From: Diplonema japonicum | Taxonomy: Eukaryota; Protista; Euglenozoa: Diplonemea | Assembly (NCBI GenBank): GCA_964019335.1 | Contig: OZ025656.1 | Location: 124,001 to 188,000 of the forward strand | DNA: 64,000 nt | Reading direction: 5' to 3' | In this document: piece after piece, positions 11,056 to 23,603 of the stretch | Numbering within the stretch: position 1 is the first letter of the stretch | How the letters are laid out: the number at the start of each line of letters is the position of its first letter | Made by a program: the position numbers and the translations under genes | Notes under the pieces: model-generated | The model's database searches: none | Told to the model about the DNA's origin: nothing | What the model saw: only the letters and a program-made list of their open reading frames with translations

Positions 11056-14000
11056 ATGAAATGGCAGCTGTCCGAGACTGAGAGGGGAAAGATCAAAGCA
11101 TGTCTGCACTCCATCGAGTACCCTAAGGAAGGTGCGGAGAGGATGTCTGCACTAGTGAAGCTGGAGGGGTATTTAGACGGCGAAAGGCAGCTAGCGTATG
11201 GGGTGTGCAAGGTGTACCATGCAACTCTAATCCCGTTGCTGTACTCCATCCACACAGCACAGAACAGCGACGTGGAACAAGCAAGGCTCTCCCTGAAGAT
11301 TCTTAACACCATAGCGCAATCTTGCAGCAAGAAACATGTGCTGTTCCTGCTCAACACAGACAGGTTCAAATGTCTTGCGACAGGCATCGATGGGCCGGAC
11401 ATGCCTATCGCGACACTCGCAGCAAAGGTTTTCGTAACACTGCTGAAACTTGAAGACAGTATTAAAGAGTTATTCTGGGAACAGCACCTGCACCAGACGC
11501 TACGCACTGCACTCACAGGCGTCCTTGTGCGGCTCAAGACGGCGCCTCCCGAGGCCATTCCCGACACCCTAACCTACATCAGCAGTCTTCTTGACGTGCT
11601 CATCACCTCCGCCGCCAACGTCAGGCACCGTCAAGAGCTCTATGGCAGCGGCTACAGTCTCTGTAGTCAGCTCCTGCAAACTATGCTCGATATGCTGGAG
11701 GGAGCACCCCCGGGGACTAGCATGTCCAGCATCTACCAGTTATCCGAAAAGCTCATTCTCTCCGTCGCTATGTTAGTGAGGGAGAACAAGCTGAATCAGG
11801 ATGATTTCAGGAAAGAGCCCAAACTAGGAATGCTCAAGAAGATCCTCACAAAGTGGTACTCCGATCCTTCGACTCCTGTGGGGTTCAAGAACGCCACCGA
11901 ACTCCTGTACTCGTCCCTCCAGTATGGGAACGAGGGGGTCGCGAACATGTTGAAGGAAAACGTGCCTACGTTCTCTGTCGACGCTGACCTCAACGAGTTT
12001 ATGACAGTTCTGCTAGAGGGGCTCGAGGCACTGAAGAGACATCATTATGATGTAGATGTCGTTGTAAGGGCGCTAAGAGTCATTGATGAGGGGTTGGGGA
12101 GCAACGAGGCCTTGAGAAGCCACATGTGCTACTACTTCAAACACTGCCATGGGGCGTGGTCTCTCCTGTTCCTGTGCCTTAATAACATCGACGAGCGCAT
12201 TATGTACCAGGCGTGCTGCCTGACGTCGAAGCTCGTGCGTAGCAACTCTATGAACCAAGAGATGTTCCTCGAGATGGACGGGATTGAGACCTTATCCGAG
12301 ATCCTCTCAGACTACAATTTAGACATCCAGCTGGTGGGGTTGCAGATCTTAGAGGCGCTGAAAGGAAATGGTTCGAGGATCAAGCAGATCAGTGACCCCA
12401 CCATTGTCGACTACTTGCTGAAGGTTATCTCACAGTTTCCCAGCGTCTTCAAGCAAGCGGTGCAGCACCGATCAAATGCCACGATGCCGTCTGCAGCATC
12501 GCCCACACACCCCATCGTCACTACTTCCATGAAGGCACAGGACACAGCGTCAACTAACTGGGAGAACCAGATCACTATAGTGCAGTACTCCATCAGTCTC
12601 ATAGGCGACATGGTAGCGCACTCGCCTTTGGTGAAGGCAAAGGTTTTGGAGAAGCCCAACGAAAGTGGTCTGCTGCACCTGCTGTCAACATCCTACACGT
12701 ACATCCACTCCTTCTACACGTCTGTGAAGGGAGCGGGACCTGACAGGAAGGAGACGCGTACGCACATACGGCCACAGACAGCACCTGGCAGGTTCTCGCG
12801 CTCTGGGAATGGAAACAGTACTGGGGCTGGGAATGGGAGCGACGCCGTGTCTGCTGAAGCAGTGGGCGAGACACCTTCACCCCTTAAAAAGCTGAGCTCC
12901 TTCTTCATCAAGGTCCTGCTAGGGGTGGTGGAGGTGACGTGTCGAGCCCTCTCAAACGTGGTGCGGCACTCTCCTGAAGCGCAGTGGAGGTTCTACAAAA
13001 ACGGCGGTACAGAACAAATCATCAATTACATGAACTGTCTGGTGACGTTCAGTGAAGGGGGGCATGAACACGAGGCATGGGCGAAGGTTCACAGAACTTC
13101 CTGCGGTGCAACTCTTCAGGACATTTCGTATACAGGCCATGGCCTGGCAGCGCTGCAGTCTGGCGGTGGTGACGACCGGACTTCTAGCACAGCTGTTGGG
13201 AAGTCCATGTACCTGTGCCAGAACAGCTGGCTTGTTCATCCTGAGCTCGTGGCATCGCTCCTCTTGGTCCTTGTCAACACCACCGAGGCCAACACAAACA
13301 TTCAAGCAGCCCTGTGTGAGCCGAAAGTGCGGCTCCTGCTCCACTACCTTGCCTCTCACCCCTCCAACGTTGTGGTCAATGCTGCGTTGCTGCTGGTGTC
13401 GCACATTTGCTTCAACAACTCAGCCAATCAACGCTTCTTCGCCACCCCTTACATCGTGCAGCGGCTGCAGTCCCTTACGGCTGTCTCTTATTTGCAGTTG
13501 CTGCAGAGCGCTGGCCTGCCTCAACATGGAGTTGAGATACCCTGGGCCACCGAGCATTTGCACCTCCTAACACCCCCTGTCGAGAGTGACCCCGCTTCGT
13601 TCTTTGCTTTCCAGTCGCTTGCATATGGGTTTGTTTGCTTGGCCAATCTGCTGCAGCTTTACCCTGAGGTAAGCGCCGTCATCCTGTTGGCACGGGTACA
13701 CGTCAGCGGTGAGACATTCCCGTGGACAAAATTTCTGTCCCAGTGCCCTCTGCTGCCGTGCTACCCGATACAGGACGCCGCCCTCACGTTGCTATCGAAC
13801 ATCGTGAATGGATGCTCCGAGGAGGTGAAGGACGTCGTCAGCCCACAGGTGATCGACTCTCTTGTGCAGCTTGTCGTGATGGACAGGAGTGATGATGACA
13901 CCGGTAGCGCTACACAACCGGCAGGCGATGGTGACAAAGAAGCGGAGTTGAAGTGGTTGGGAAACAAGGCATTCCAATTGATAGTTAACATGGGGCAGGG

Positions 14001-14816
14001 TGCGACCAAGCAAGTGGTAGACCAGCTCCGAGCCATGTCAGAGGCCATGGAGAGCCATCCCGATCTGGTAAACACACAACAGCCTGCAGAAAGCAAGGTG
14101 GTCGAGTATTACAAGACGTGTGATGATGTTGATGTGTATAACTCTGTCATCAGCTACCTGCCCATTCTGAACGGGCTGACGTACTCCAGCGAGGTGTGCA
14201 GGAAAAGCTGTCTGGCGAACGGTGGCTGGGATGTACTGACAGGGCTACTATGCAAGACAAGTGTAGAGCTGGATGCTCGGGTGTGCATCTTGTTCATTAT
14301 GTCGAACATATTAGCGCACTGCCAATCAGCAGCGCAAGAGCTGTACGTGCCACCCATTGAAGGCCGGTCTATGGACGCTCTGGCGAAGGGGATCCTCATA
14401 GGGCAGGTCGAGACCTCTACTGATGACGATAAGAACATGTACACTGACTACGTTGCATGCCTGTTCCAACTGTGCTCACAGCTCGTGTTGCGGGTAGGAT
14501 CACACACAATAGGAGGGAAAACCTCTAAGCAGTACTTTGTGTCAGCAACCCATCCACACCTACTTCAGCTAGCCGTTCGAGAAGCTACTCAACCTTCGTC
14601 CCTTATAGGGCAGGAAGCGCTCTCCTTCATCCTCCTCTTAGCGGAAGATGATGCCGCTGCTGCTAAGTTCACGACCACGCCACCTGTACAGAGACTCTTC
14701 GCCACTTGTCTTGAAGACCCATCCCTCCCACATTCTACAACCATGTTGGTATGCATATGAAGAACGGGGTGGGCGGAACTCACATGAATAAACAGGTCAA
14801 AAGGTACTCGATGTAA
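11056..14816 (+). CDS. Armadillo/HEAT-repeat protein (~1237 aa); 2 exons
   Basis: Long Leu-rich helical ORF with ARM-like segments (NQEMFLEMDGIETLSEIL, ALSNVVR, GGWDVL). Intron 14749-14795 is followed by a 21-nt last exon, VKRYSM*. Confidence 0.75.
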
Positions 14817-15089
14817 ACTAATTATTTAATCCCCTCCTCCCATCTTAAAGATAAAGAAGAAGAAAGAGAACAAAACAAAAACAAAACAAAAAAAAAACAA
14901 AAAAAAAACAAAAAAAAACGTATCTTATTTTATAATAAGAAACTTCATACACTGCAACTGCCATCATGGGTCGGCGCTAAGACTCGATGTTTTGTCAACC
15001 GGTCTATGAAATATTTTAAACGAAAGAAAAAAAGAACAAGAGAAGAGAAAAAAAAAACTTAGGATTTATATAGAGCTTTTCCTTTCCAT

Positions 15090-15197
15090 TAATCCCCCCC
15101 CCCCCTTTTCATTTTTACGTTCCTTCATTTACACCCCCCCTATTCTTTTTTCTCTTTTGTGTCCTTCTGTGGTTATTTTCAATATCTTCCGTTTCAG
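15090..15197 (+). promoter_or_regulatory. Putative trans-splice acceptor (polypyrimidine tract + TTTCAG) upstream of the PP2A-A gene
   Basis: A long C/T tract ends in TTTCAG 10 nt before ATG 15208. The trans-splicing role is inferred from the cluster organisation. Confidence 0.4.
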
Positions 15198-15207
15198 GAG
15201 GGTAAAC

Positions 15208-16297
15208 ATGGCCGATGATGGGTTGTTCCCTGTGGCAGTGTTAATCGATGAGCTGAAGAGCAGCGAGATGGCCGTGAGGGTGAGGGCAACAAAACAATTG
15301 AAGGTGATCGCGGAAGCGTTGGGGTTTGAAAGGACAAGGGAGGAGCTGATACCGTACGTGACGGAGAAGGGTGGTGGTTGGGATGACAATGACGAGGTGC
15401 TCATTTGTATTGCGGAGCAGTTTGCTGATTTCTTGGAGTATGTGGGTGGCCCGCCATTCGCATCTGTGCTCCTGATCCCCTTGGAGCAGCTCATCGGGAT
15501 GGAGGAGCCTGTTGTCCGCGACAAAGGTGTGGAGGCCATCAACAACATTGTAAAGCAACTCCCCGACAATGTAGTGGAGCGGGACTTTGCACCCATTGTG
15601 CACCGCATGGCGAACCATGAGTGGGCAGCATGCAAAGCCGGCAGTGCCGCCCTCATCCCCACACTCTACGCACGCACGCACGTGTCCGAGAATCTCACTC
15701 AACTCAGGACTCTGTACATCTCCCTCACCACTGTCGAAGAACCTCTCGTCATGCGTGCAGCCGTGCAGCACATGCCAAGCATTGTACGTTGCGTCAACTC
15801 TGCAAGCATGTTGGGAGGCATCCTTGAAAAATACTACCAGCTTGGTTGTCACAAGCAGGACGGCGTGCGTCTTCTCGCTGTGGAGAAGTGCGCAGAAGTT
15901 GCGCGAGAACTTGCAAAGCTCCGCGCCCCTGAACTCATCCAAAAGTTCGTGCATCCCATCATCAAGGACGCTGTCAGGGATGTCTCATGGAGGGTGCGCT
16001 ACATGCTGTGTACACAGCTGAAAGACATCGCAGAGGCTACATCGCTGTCGAAGCAGCCTGCGGAGATCATCAATATCTATAAAGCTCTCGCGGGCGATGC
16101 GGAAGCAGAGGTGCGCACTGCAGCAGCGCATCAAATCGCAAACGTGGGGCTGCTTGTAGCAGGGTCGAGAGACATGAGGGAGCTGACGCCCTGCTTTAAC
16201 GACCTGTGCTTCGACGCGAACAACCACGTGAGGGCGGCTACGGCGGCGAACATTGTGGGGCTGTCGCAGGTGTTCTCGAAGGGTGAAGTGAAGGTAT

Positions 16298-16341
<44 letters not shown>

Positions 16342-17096
16342 GAATGCAAACCAACAATACAGGAGTTCCTACTCCCGTTGCTGACAAAGCTGCTGGGTGA
16401 CGAGTCGGCCGATGTGCGCCTGAACGTGATAGGCGAACTCGGAAAGGTGAGCGAGACGGTGGGATTCAAAGAGCTGGGCCCGAGGATCTTAACGGCTGTG
16501 ACGAACCTCGCAACAGACAGCAAGTGGCGTGTGCGAGAAGGGGTCATCAATGTGGTCCCGTCGTTGGCAAAGCTGATGGGACCGGAGGTCTTCAATACCG
16601 ACCTCAGCAACATTGTGATCGGCTGGCTAACAGATCAGGTCTGCGAGATACGAGGTCTCGTCGCCAAGGTACTGTGCGACTTGTGGCAAATTTTCGGAGA
16701 GAACTGGGCAAGGACAAACCTTCTGCCGAAGATCCTTGTCATTGCAAACAAAGAGAACTACATGCACCGTGTTGCCCTGCTGAGCTTCGTGTCGCTGGTG
16801 GCGTCTAAAGGGTACTGCTCACCTGAAGTTCTAAACAGCACTTTTTTGAACCTCTTTGCCTCAATGGCTCGTGACAAGGTTCCCAATGTGAGGTTCAACG
16901 TTGCAAAATCGATGGAAGGCTGCCTGTCAAAAATAGACTCAAAGACAATCACCGCAAACTGGCGGCCTGTCCTTGATCTCCTTGAGAATGACCCTGATAT
17001 TGATGTGCGGCACTTTGCCAGGAAAGTATGTATTTAAGTTGAAGCAAAAAAAAAAAAAAAAAAAAAAAAATCCAGGCTCTCGTGAACTGTCCGTAG
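15208..17096 (+). CDS. PPP2R1A: Protein phosphatase 2A scaffold (A/PR65) subunit; 3 exons
   Basis: LFPVAVLIDELK, IAEALGFERTREELIPY, DVSWRVRY, DSKWRVR and DKVPNVRFNVAK. Introns 16294-16362 (poly-T) and 17026-17075 (poly-A). Ends DVRHFARKALVNCP*. Confidence 0.95.
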
Positions 17097-17600
17097 AAGA
17101 TGTTGTCTTGATTTTTTTTTTCCCCTTCTTTTTTCTTCTCGTCACAATTTCTTAGATTTTTTTCCCCCCCTGCCCTCGCGTTTTTTCTTTCTTTAATAGT
17201 TCCCCCTGTCCACTTATTTTATTTGGTTTTTTTTTTCCTTTTTTTTTTCCTCTTTTAAAAGTAAAGTGCTAAGGCTTTGAGGCTTTTCTTTTTTTTTTTT
17301 ATGAATAGGAAAAAAAAAATAAAAAGTCTCCCTTTCCTTCGCTCCTTTTGACCCTTGTTATGTAAGATATATAAAAAAAAAACAAAAAAAGCCCGATTAT
17401 TATTTTTTTTTTTTTAGAGGGCGGGGGTTTTTCGTTATTTACATTTTCTTTTTTTATGACCCCTCCCTGAATTTTTATACCCCCCTCCCTGAATGTTTTT
17501 CACCCCGTTTTCTTTATTTTTTTCCCTTTTATTTTTCTTCTGTTTTAATATAAACGATTAAGCGATCCTCAGAAGGTGGGACCGAGGGAGAAATGAGGAA

Positions 17601-19688
17601 ATGGACCCTGACTCTAGGAGTGTCCAGTCGACGGTCGAGTCTGTGGGGGACAGGGACTCAAGAGTGTATAAGGAGGCGAAAATCGTGGTGGCGGTGAGGG
17701 TCCGTCCATTGCTCCAAAAAGAAAAAGAGGCTGGCCATGAGAAAATAATAAGAGTCATGAGTAAGAGACTAGTACTGCTGCTGGACCCAAAGCGTTTCAT
17801 GGACACACACGGCCTGACCCGCAGGACAAAGGAGAAGCGCTACGTCTTCGACCACGCATTCTCCGATGAAGCTTCTCAAGGAAAACTATATTCAGTTACA
17901 ACTTCTTTTCTTGTAGACAACGTTCTGGACGGCTTCAACGCCACCGTCTTTGCCTACGGTGCCACAGGCAGTGGTAAAACGTACACCATGACCGGGACAC
18001 CTGAGCATCCAGGCATCATGTTCCTCACCCTAAAGGATCTCTTCCACAAGGCGAACCTCTCCATGGACAGGGGTGTCTACTATAAGATCGTTCTCACGTA
18101 TCTAGAGATCTACAACGAGAACATTCGTGATCTCATGAAGATCGCGTCGCCCTACCTGGACCTGAGGGAACACCCGACGAAAGGGATGCAGGTGAACAGC
18201 ATTACTGAGTTTGAAGTGCAGAACGTGGAGGAGATCATGCAGCTGCTTCAAGCTGGTAACGAGAACAGGACAACCGAGCCCACAGAAGCCAACCTCCAGT
18301 CAAGCAGGTCGCATGCTGTGCTGCAGGTGATGCTGGAGCAACACGACGCAACCCTCGCGCAGGTGAAGACCGCCAAGCTCAACCTCATCGACCTCGCAGG
18401 CAGCGAGCGTGGTGCTGTGACTCAAAACCGCGGTATTCGTCTCGTGGAGGGTGCCAACATCAACCGTTCCCTCCTCGCTCTGGGCAACTGCATCAATGCG
18501 CTGAGCGGGAAGACAGAAGCCACGTTTGTTCCCTACCGCGACTCAAAGCTCACGCGCCTCTTGAAGGACTCCCTCGGTGGGAACTGCAACACAGTCATGA
18601 TCACAACCGTGTCACCCTCGCACACCTCGTTCGAGGAGAGCATCAACACACTGAAGTACGCGTCGCGTGCAAAGAAGATCAAGAACTACGTCACCTCCAA
18701 CGAGAAGACTGTCAAGTACCATGTGTCGAGGTACGAAAAGCTCATCACTGACCTGCAGCAGCAAGTGGTGATGCTCAAAGCACAGCTAGAACTGAAGAGC
18801 GGGATGGTGGTGGGTGTCAATACATCTCTGGAGGGCTACATGAAAGAGGCTGACAACGTACGGGCAGAGATGATAGAGGTGTTTGAAAGGCGCCTAAACA
18901 TCAGAAGGCAGCTTGTCGATCTGCAGAAGCTAGAACTGTCCAAGTACTTAGCAGCCAGCGTGGCGAAATCCACAATAGACGAGTACAAGGCACGTGGCCT
19001 TGAGCCACCGGAGGGCATGACGCCTCGTGCACCGTCCCCCTCGGCTGCAGAGAGGAACAGTGCACTGCGAGATATCTTAACATCGAAGCTCAAAGCGGCT
19101 GAGAATAGCAGCCTCAGCCTGAAAGAAAAGATTATAGAAATGAGAAATAAGACTCAGAAAGAGCTGCTTTTAAAGGAGTTCGAGTTTAAGAACTTAGAGA
19201 TAGATTACTTGATGTCAGAAAGCGCAAGAGAGATGCAGAGACAGCTTTCCGAGAACAAGGACGCTCAGTTGAAAAGATTGAAACTGCATGTTAGGCTGCG
19301 AGATGCGGTTATATCGCAGCAGAAGGACACGATCAGCAGCAATGGCGACACACCGATGCCTTTGCAGATGTCGTACAGTATTCTGTCGAAACAAGATGAC
19401 GGATCGTCTTTGCCGGCTCTTCACACACATTCTCATCGGAATGAAGCTGCCGTTGAAACTGCACGGGGCAGGGAAAAGGAAAGGGACACCAACCTGCCAC
19501 AGCTTGTGGGGCCCAACAGAGGGCGGGGTAGCCCGCGGGATAAGCTCGTGTCACGCGACGTGCGCAAGCGAGCAACATCCCACCGCCTGCCTGTCAAGCT
19601 CCCCAACATACGCTCACCTCCTGAGAACAAGAAACCCGATCCCCTCCAAGGCCTGAATGCCAGGCGGCGGCTTCGTGTACACCAATGA
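17601..19688 (+). CDS. Kinesin-8 family motor (KIF18/KIF19-like)
   Basis: VAVRVRP, YGATGSGKT, SSRSHAVLQ, DLAGSER, EGANINRSLLALGNCINAL and VPYRDSKLTR, followed by a coiled-coil stalk. Intronless. Confidence 0.92.
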   Translation: MDPDSRSVQSTVESVGDRDSRVYKEAKIVVAVRVRPLLQKEKEAGHEKIIRVMSKRLVLLLDPKRFMDTHGLTRRTKEKRYVFDHAFSDEASQGKLYSVTTSFLVDNVLDGFNATVFAYGATGSGKTYTMTGTPEHPGIMFLTLKDLFHKANLSMDRGVYYKIVLTYLEIYNENIRDLMKIASPYLDLREHPTKGMQVNSITEFEVQNVEEIMQLLQAGNENRTTEPTEANLQSSRSHAVLQVMLEQHDATLAQVKTAKLNLIDLAGSERGAVTQNRGIRLVEGANINRSLLALGNCINALSGKTEATFVPYRDSKLTRLLKDSLGGNCNTVMITTVSPSHTSFEESINTLKYASRAKKIKNYVTSNEKTVKYHVSRYEKLITDLQQQVVMLKAQLELKSGMVVGVNTSLEGYMKEADNVRAEMIEVFERRLNIRRQLVDLQKLELSKYLAASVAKSTIDEYKARGLEPPEGMTPRAPSPSAAERNSALRDILTSKLKAAENSSLSLKEKIIEMRNKTQKELLLKEFEFKNLEIDYLMSESAREMQRQLSENKDAQLKRLKLHVRLRDAVISQQKDTISSNGDTPMPLQMSYSILSKQDDGSSLPALHTHSHRNEAAVETARGREKERDTNLPQLVGPNRGRGSPRDKLVSRDVRKRATSHRLPVKLPNIRSPPENKKPDPLQGLNARRRLRVHQ

Positions 19689-19792
19689 ACTAGGTTATTT
19701 CCATAACCCCCTCTTACGTCACTCAGTGCATTTTTTATTTCCTTTCCATCCTTTCTGGCATTCCATTTCCACCCAGGATGTCGTGGTAGACG

Positions 19793-20752
19793 ATGTCCGT
19801 CGACCGTGCGCAGCAAGCCAAGACATGCGCGCACCCTCCTTTAGTCATCAGCAATGCCATGGCCAAGAAGTACAACAATCCAAACACGGTGTACATCCGG
19901 TCCTGTTGCGATGAAGTGAAAGGAAAGGAGAGGAAGGTCGTCATCGTCGTGACACGCATCGTGCTGTTTGTGTCTGCCTCGCACAAGGAGCCGCGAATGG
20001 TGAAGTACGGTGAGATACAGGCGGCAACGTACTTCCCGTCGAAAAAAAAAGAGACGATGTTTGAAGTTGTGTTCTCCCTCAGGGAACCAGAGCCGGATGT
20101 CCACCTCATTATGAAGAAGGACAAGAAGCTGAACCCCACACCTTCGGACGAAGAAGAAATACGCAGATTCATCGACAGCGTGAACAGGTGTAGAGATGTT
20201 TTGGTGGGAGGGAAGTTTCCAGTGACGCGATCAGAGAGCGCAGTGGCCGTCAGAAGTACTGGGCAGGTGGTCAGTACAAAGGAGAAGATTGAGAAGGCAG
20301 TCCGCGAGCAGGTTATTCGACAGGAAGTCGAGACACGGAAGGTCTTGAATGATGAAGAGTCGCTAGCCTTCCAAAATCTGCATATGAGCCTCATGCAAGC
20401 GAAGAGGGACGAGGAACAGCGAAAAGTTCACGTTGAGGTGATCGCGGAACCTCCTCCCCAGCCTGTTTTACAGCCAGCCCCCTGCTCCCTTCCACAACAA
20501 CCTTCCGCAGAACCTCCTTCCCAGCCTGTTCTCTTACCCTCCTACAACGAACCTGTCATCCTAACCTTCACGAGCGTTACCCCACCACCTTACCAGCGTT
20601 ACCCCACCACCCCTACCCCGCAATGGCGTCCTGTCACCTCCCCCTCTCAACCCAATCCACACTACTGGTCTGACTTCATACAGAAATGGGAAGACCGAGC
20701 TGTGGTCACCCATCGGGAACGGCGGGACTTCAGACAACGGTCCGCGTATTGA
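19793..20752 (+). CDS. Hypothetical protein with a PH-like N-terminal domain and Pro-rich tail
   Basis: 319-aa ORF with coding-like composition. A beta-rich segment (KERKVVIVVTRIVLFV) ends in a helix. The fold call is inference. Confidence 0.65.
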   Translation: MSVDRAQQAKTCAHPPLVISNAMAKKYNNPNTVYIRSCCDEVKGKERKVVIVVTRIVLFVSASHKEPRMVKYGEIQAATYFPSKKKETMFEVVFSLREPEPDVHLIMKKDKKLNPTPSDEEEIRRFIDSVNRCRDVLVGGKFPVTRSESAVAVRSTGQVVSTKEKIEKAVREQVIRQEVETRKVLNDEESLAFQNLHMSLMQAKRDEEQRKVHVEVIAEPPPQPVLQPAPCSLPQQPSAEPPSQPVLLPSYNEPVILTFTSVTPPPYQRYPTTPTPQWRPVTSPSQPNPHYWSDFIQKWEDRAVVTHRERRDFRQRSAY

Positions 20753-20977
20753 CGCCTTATTTTTGTTTCGTTTTTTTTATTTTTTATTTTTTTCTTTTAT
20801 CTGTTCAATGGAAAAAAGAACGGGAGAAAAAAAAAATCTTTTGTTTGCTATTAGATACAAGGCGAAGACGAAGAAAGGGAACTCCTAGAAAGAAGAAAAA
20901 AAAAAGAAGAAATTTTGTTATCGTATTAACTCATTTCTTGCCACCATCACCTAGATGCATCACAGGTAGTGTACACC

Positions 20978-22033
20978 ATGAGGTTGACACTGTTGTTGGC
21001 AGTGGCGGTGTGTGGGGCTGCGGACCAGATGCTGGTGTCTGGGAAGAAGACTCTGGTGTCGTATGTGTATTACAGACCAGACAAGACGTTTGCTCAGAAA
21101 ACATGGGAAAAATGTGCATTTAAAGACAAACTGTGTGGGTGTGAGACCTCGATACGGTCGGGCTCAACAGGGGTGGGTGTTGCGACGAAGGAGCGGCTCA
21201 CGAACTGCACAGCACCAGTCTGCTGGTGCAGCGGGTCAGGGGGTGCCGTTGCCAAATACAAACAATGCACTGATAACCTAGAGTATTTCCTTGATAAGGG
21301 TGTGACCCCATACCTTCACGACACTGACGTCGACTTCCTCTTCAACGTTGTAGGGGACACCGAGATACCAGACAGGCTGAACGACATGGCACAGAGCAAC
21401 CCTCAAAGGGTCACTGTGTCTCGCGTGCCGAATGCAGAAACGGATTTATGCACACAAGGGAATGTTGTACGGAAGGGGAAGTTGATGTATGAACGGTTCT
21501 TTCTGATCAACTGCTCGGCGAGGGGTCCTTATGGGCCACACATGGAGAAGTGGCTAGACAAGTTCGAGCGGAAAATGGTACAGAACAGCAGCGTGCACCT
21601 TGTGGGGCCTGTCATCAACTGCTGGCAGAAGCAGCCGCATGTCCAATCCTGGGCATGGTACGCTGATGCCACAGCTGCCGATCTCATCGCTGCAGGCTGT
21701 ACATGCGATGGTTCTCGTAACGATCAGATCCGGCGGTGTGAGTTGCAGATCTCAGCACAACTCCTCGCTGCCAGCGGTTCTACCATCGCGTCGCTTCAAC
21801 CTTCATACAGCAGCATCGATTGGAAAAGCACTTCGAGCAAGAACTGCAACAGAGGCAAGTCCCCTGTCGGATGCTCGCGTACCGACCCCGAGACCTCCCT
21901 AGCCTGCCAAGGCGCCAACCTGTGCGAGGAGGTTTTCGCAAAGTACGGCGGTACAAACATACCCCTTGGCTTCACCCCTTACAGAACGCACAAACGAATT
22001 CAGGATTTCGAAGCGGGCGTGACAGGCTGCTAG
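20978..22033 (+). CDS. Secreted Cys-rich protein with an RgpF-like/glycosyltransferase-like domain
   Basis: Signal peptide MRLTLLLAVAVCGAA. Motifs NLEYFL, FFLINCSARGP, LVGPVINC, PHVQSW and ELQIS resemble the rhamnan-synthesis-F-like family. Confidence 0.65.
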   Translation: MRLTLLLAVAVCGAADQMLVSGKKTLVSYVYYRPDKTFAQKTWEKCAFKDKLCGCETSIRSGSTGVGVATKERLTNCTAPVCWCSGSGGAVAKYKQCTDNLEYFLDKGVTPYLHDTDVDFLFNVVGDTEIPDRLNDMAQSNPQRVTVSRVPNAETDLCTQGNVVRKGKLMYERFFLINCSARGPYGPHMEKWLDKFERKMVQNSSVHLVGPVINCWQKQPHVQSWAWYADATAADLIAAGCTCDGSRNDQIRRCELQISAQLLAASGSTIASLQPSYSSIDWKSTSSKNCNRGKSPVGCSRTDPETSLACQGANLCEEVFAKYGGTNIPLGFTPYRTHKRIQDFEAGVTGC

Positions 22034-22102
22034 GAAAACAGAATATTTTTGTTCATACCTTAGTCGCCAATCACCACAGCATCCACAAAAAAAGAAAAAA
22101 AA

Positions 22103-23603
22103 ATGGATTGTTTCTTTGCGATGCTCATCTTCATCGCCTCTGTTGGAGGGGCACTGTTTGGGTATGACACCGGTGTCGTGTCAGGCGCTATGATTCAGAT
22201 AAAAAGCGACTCAGATCAGTATCCTGATGTGGGGGGGATGAACTTATCCAATATCTGGCAAGAGGCGGTGGTGGCGATAACGACGCTGGGGGCGGCGCTG
22301 GGGTCGATGATGTGTGGGTACTTGAACGACAAGTACGGGAGGCGGTGGGTGTGTATTCTAGCGGGTGCTTTGTTTGTGGGTTCCTGTGTGTTGATGGCTC
22401 TGACGCCGAACCTGACTTGGCTATTGATCGGGCGAGGTCTGGTGGGGGTCGCTGTGGGTTTCGCGGCTACAACAGTCCCCATGTACATCGCAGAGGTGGC
22501 GCCCAAGGAAACCCGAGGGAAGCTCATCACAGTGAACAACGTATCGATTGTTGGTGGGCAGGTCATAGCCTCTCTTGTCGCGTGCTACGTCGGGGGCATG
22601 AAGTACCATGACGGGTGGAGGTACATGTTGGCAGCAGGGGCTGTTCCGGGTGTTATTTTGTTTATTGGGTTTATCTTCCTCCCCGAGTCCCCTCGGTGGC
22701 TGATGGCACACGACAGGGCCGATGACGCGAAGGCATGCCTTTTGAAAATCAGAAAAAACTGCGACATCGAAGAAGAGCTCAACGACCTGCGGGAGAGCTT
22801 GCAAAGCTCTGAAGGGAACACCACGTGGTCCGACATCTTCAACGACCGCGGCATAGTACGTGCCTTGAAGGTAGGCTGCGGGCTGCAGCTACTGCAACAG
22901 CTCATTGGAATCAACACAATTATGTATTATTCAGCTACCATTCTACAGAGCAGCAGTAACAGCAACGACCTGTCACCATGGGACTCTAAAAACATCACAG
23001 CTACATGCCTGTCCGCCGCTGTGTCCTTCGCTCAGATGGTGGGCTGCATCTGCGGGATGTTCCTCATCGATAAGTACGGCAGAAAGACCCTCGTTCTCTG
23101 GTCGCTGTTTGGATGCGTTGTGTTTCTCATTGCATTGGGCGGTGCTTTCGTCACCACCATTACCCAAGCATTGCCTGCCATCGCCATGTGCTGCTACCTT
23201 CTCTGCTTCGGTCTCGGCATGGCCGCCATTCCGTGGGTCTTCAACGCTGAGATTTATCCACTCCAAGCACGGGCTAAGTGTGTGGCCTTGGCAACATGTG
23301 TAAACTGGATGTCTAGCTTTGTCATATCCTTCACCTTCCTCTCTCTTTCAGAAGCGATCAGCACCGACAGGTCTGATGCCAAGAACCACCCTGACGGGGC
23401 CTTTTGGTTGTACTCAGTGTTCGGGATGCTTGGCTACGTCTATCTCAAGAAAAATATGCCTGGTATGCAGATGGGGAAAAAGAAGAAGAAGAAGAAACCA
23501 CACAGAAACTAAAAATCTCACACTCGAAGAAATTTCGCACCTTTTCAAACCCGGTGATGAAGAACAGGTTCCGATCCTAGCGAGCGTGCAACAGAAGAAG
23601 TGA
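22103..23603 (+). CDS. MFS sugar porter, myo-inositol transporter-like; 2 exons
   Basis: GGALFGYDTGVVSGA, DKYGRR, PMYIAEVAP, PESPRWL and QQLIGINTIMYY. Intron 23463-23505 restores the family motif PETKNLTLEEI. Confidence 0.95.
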
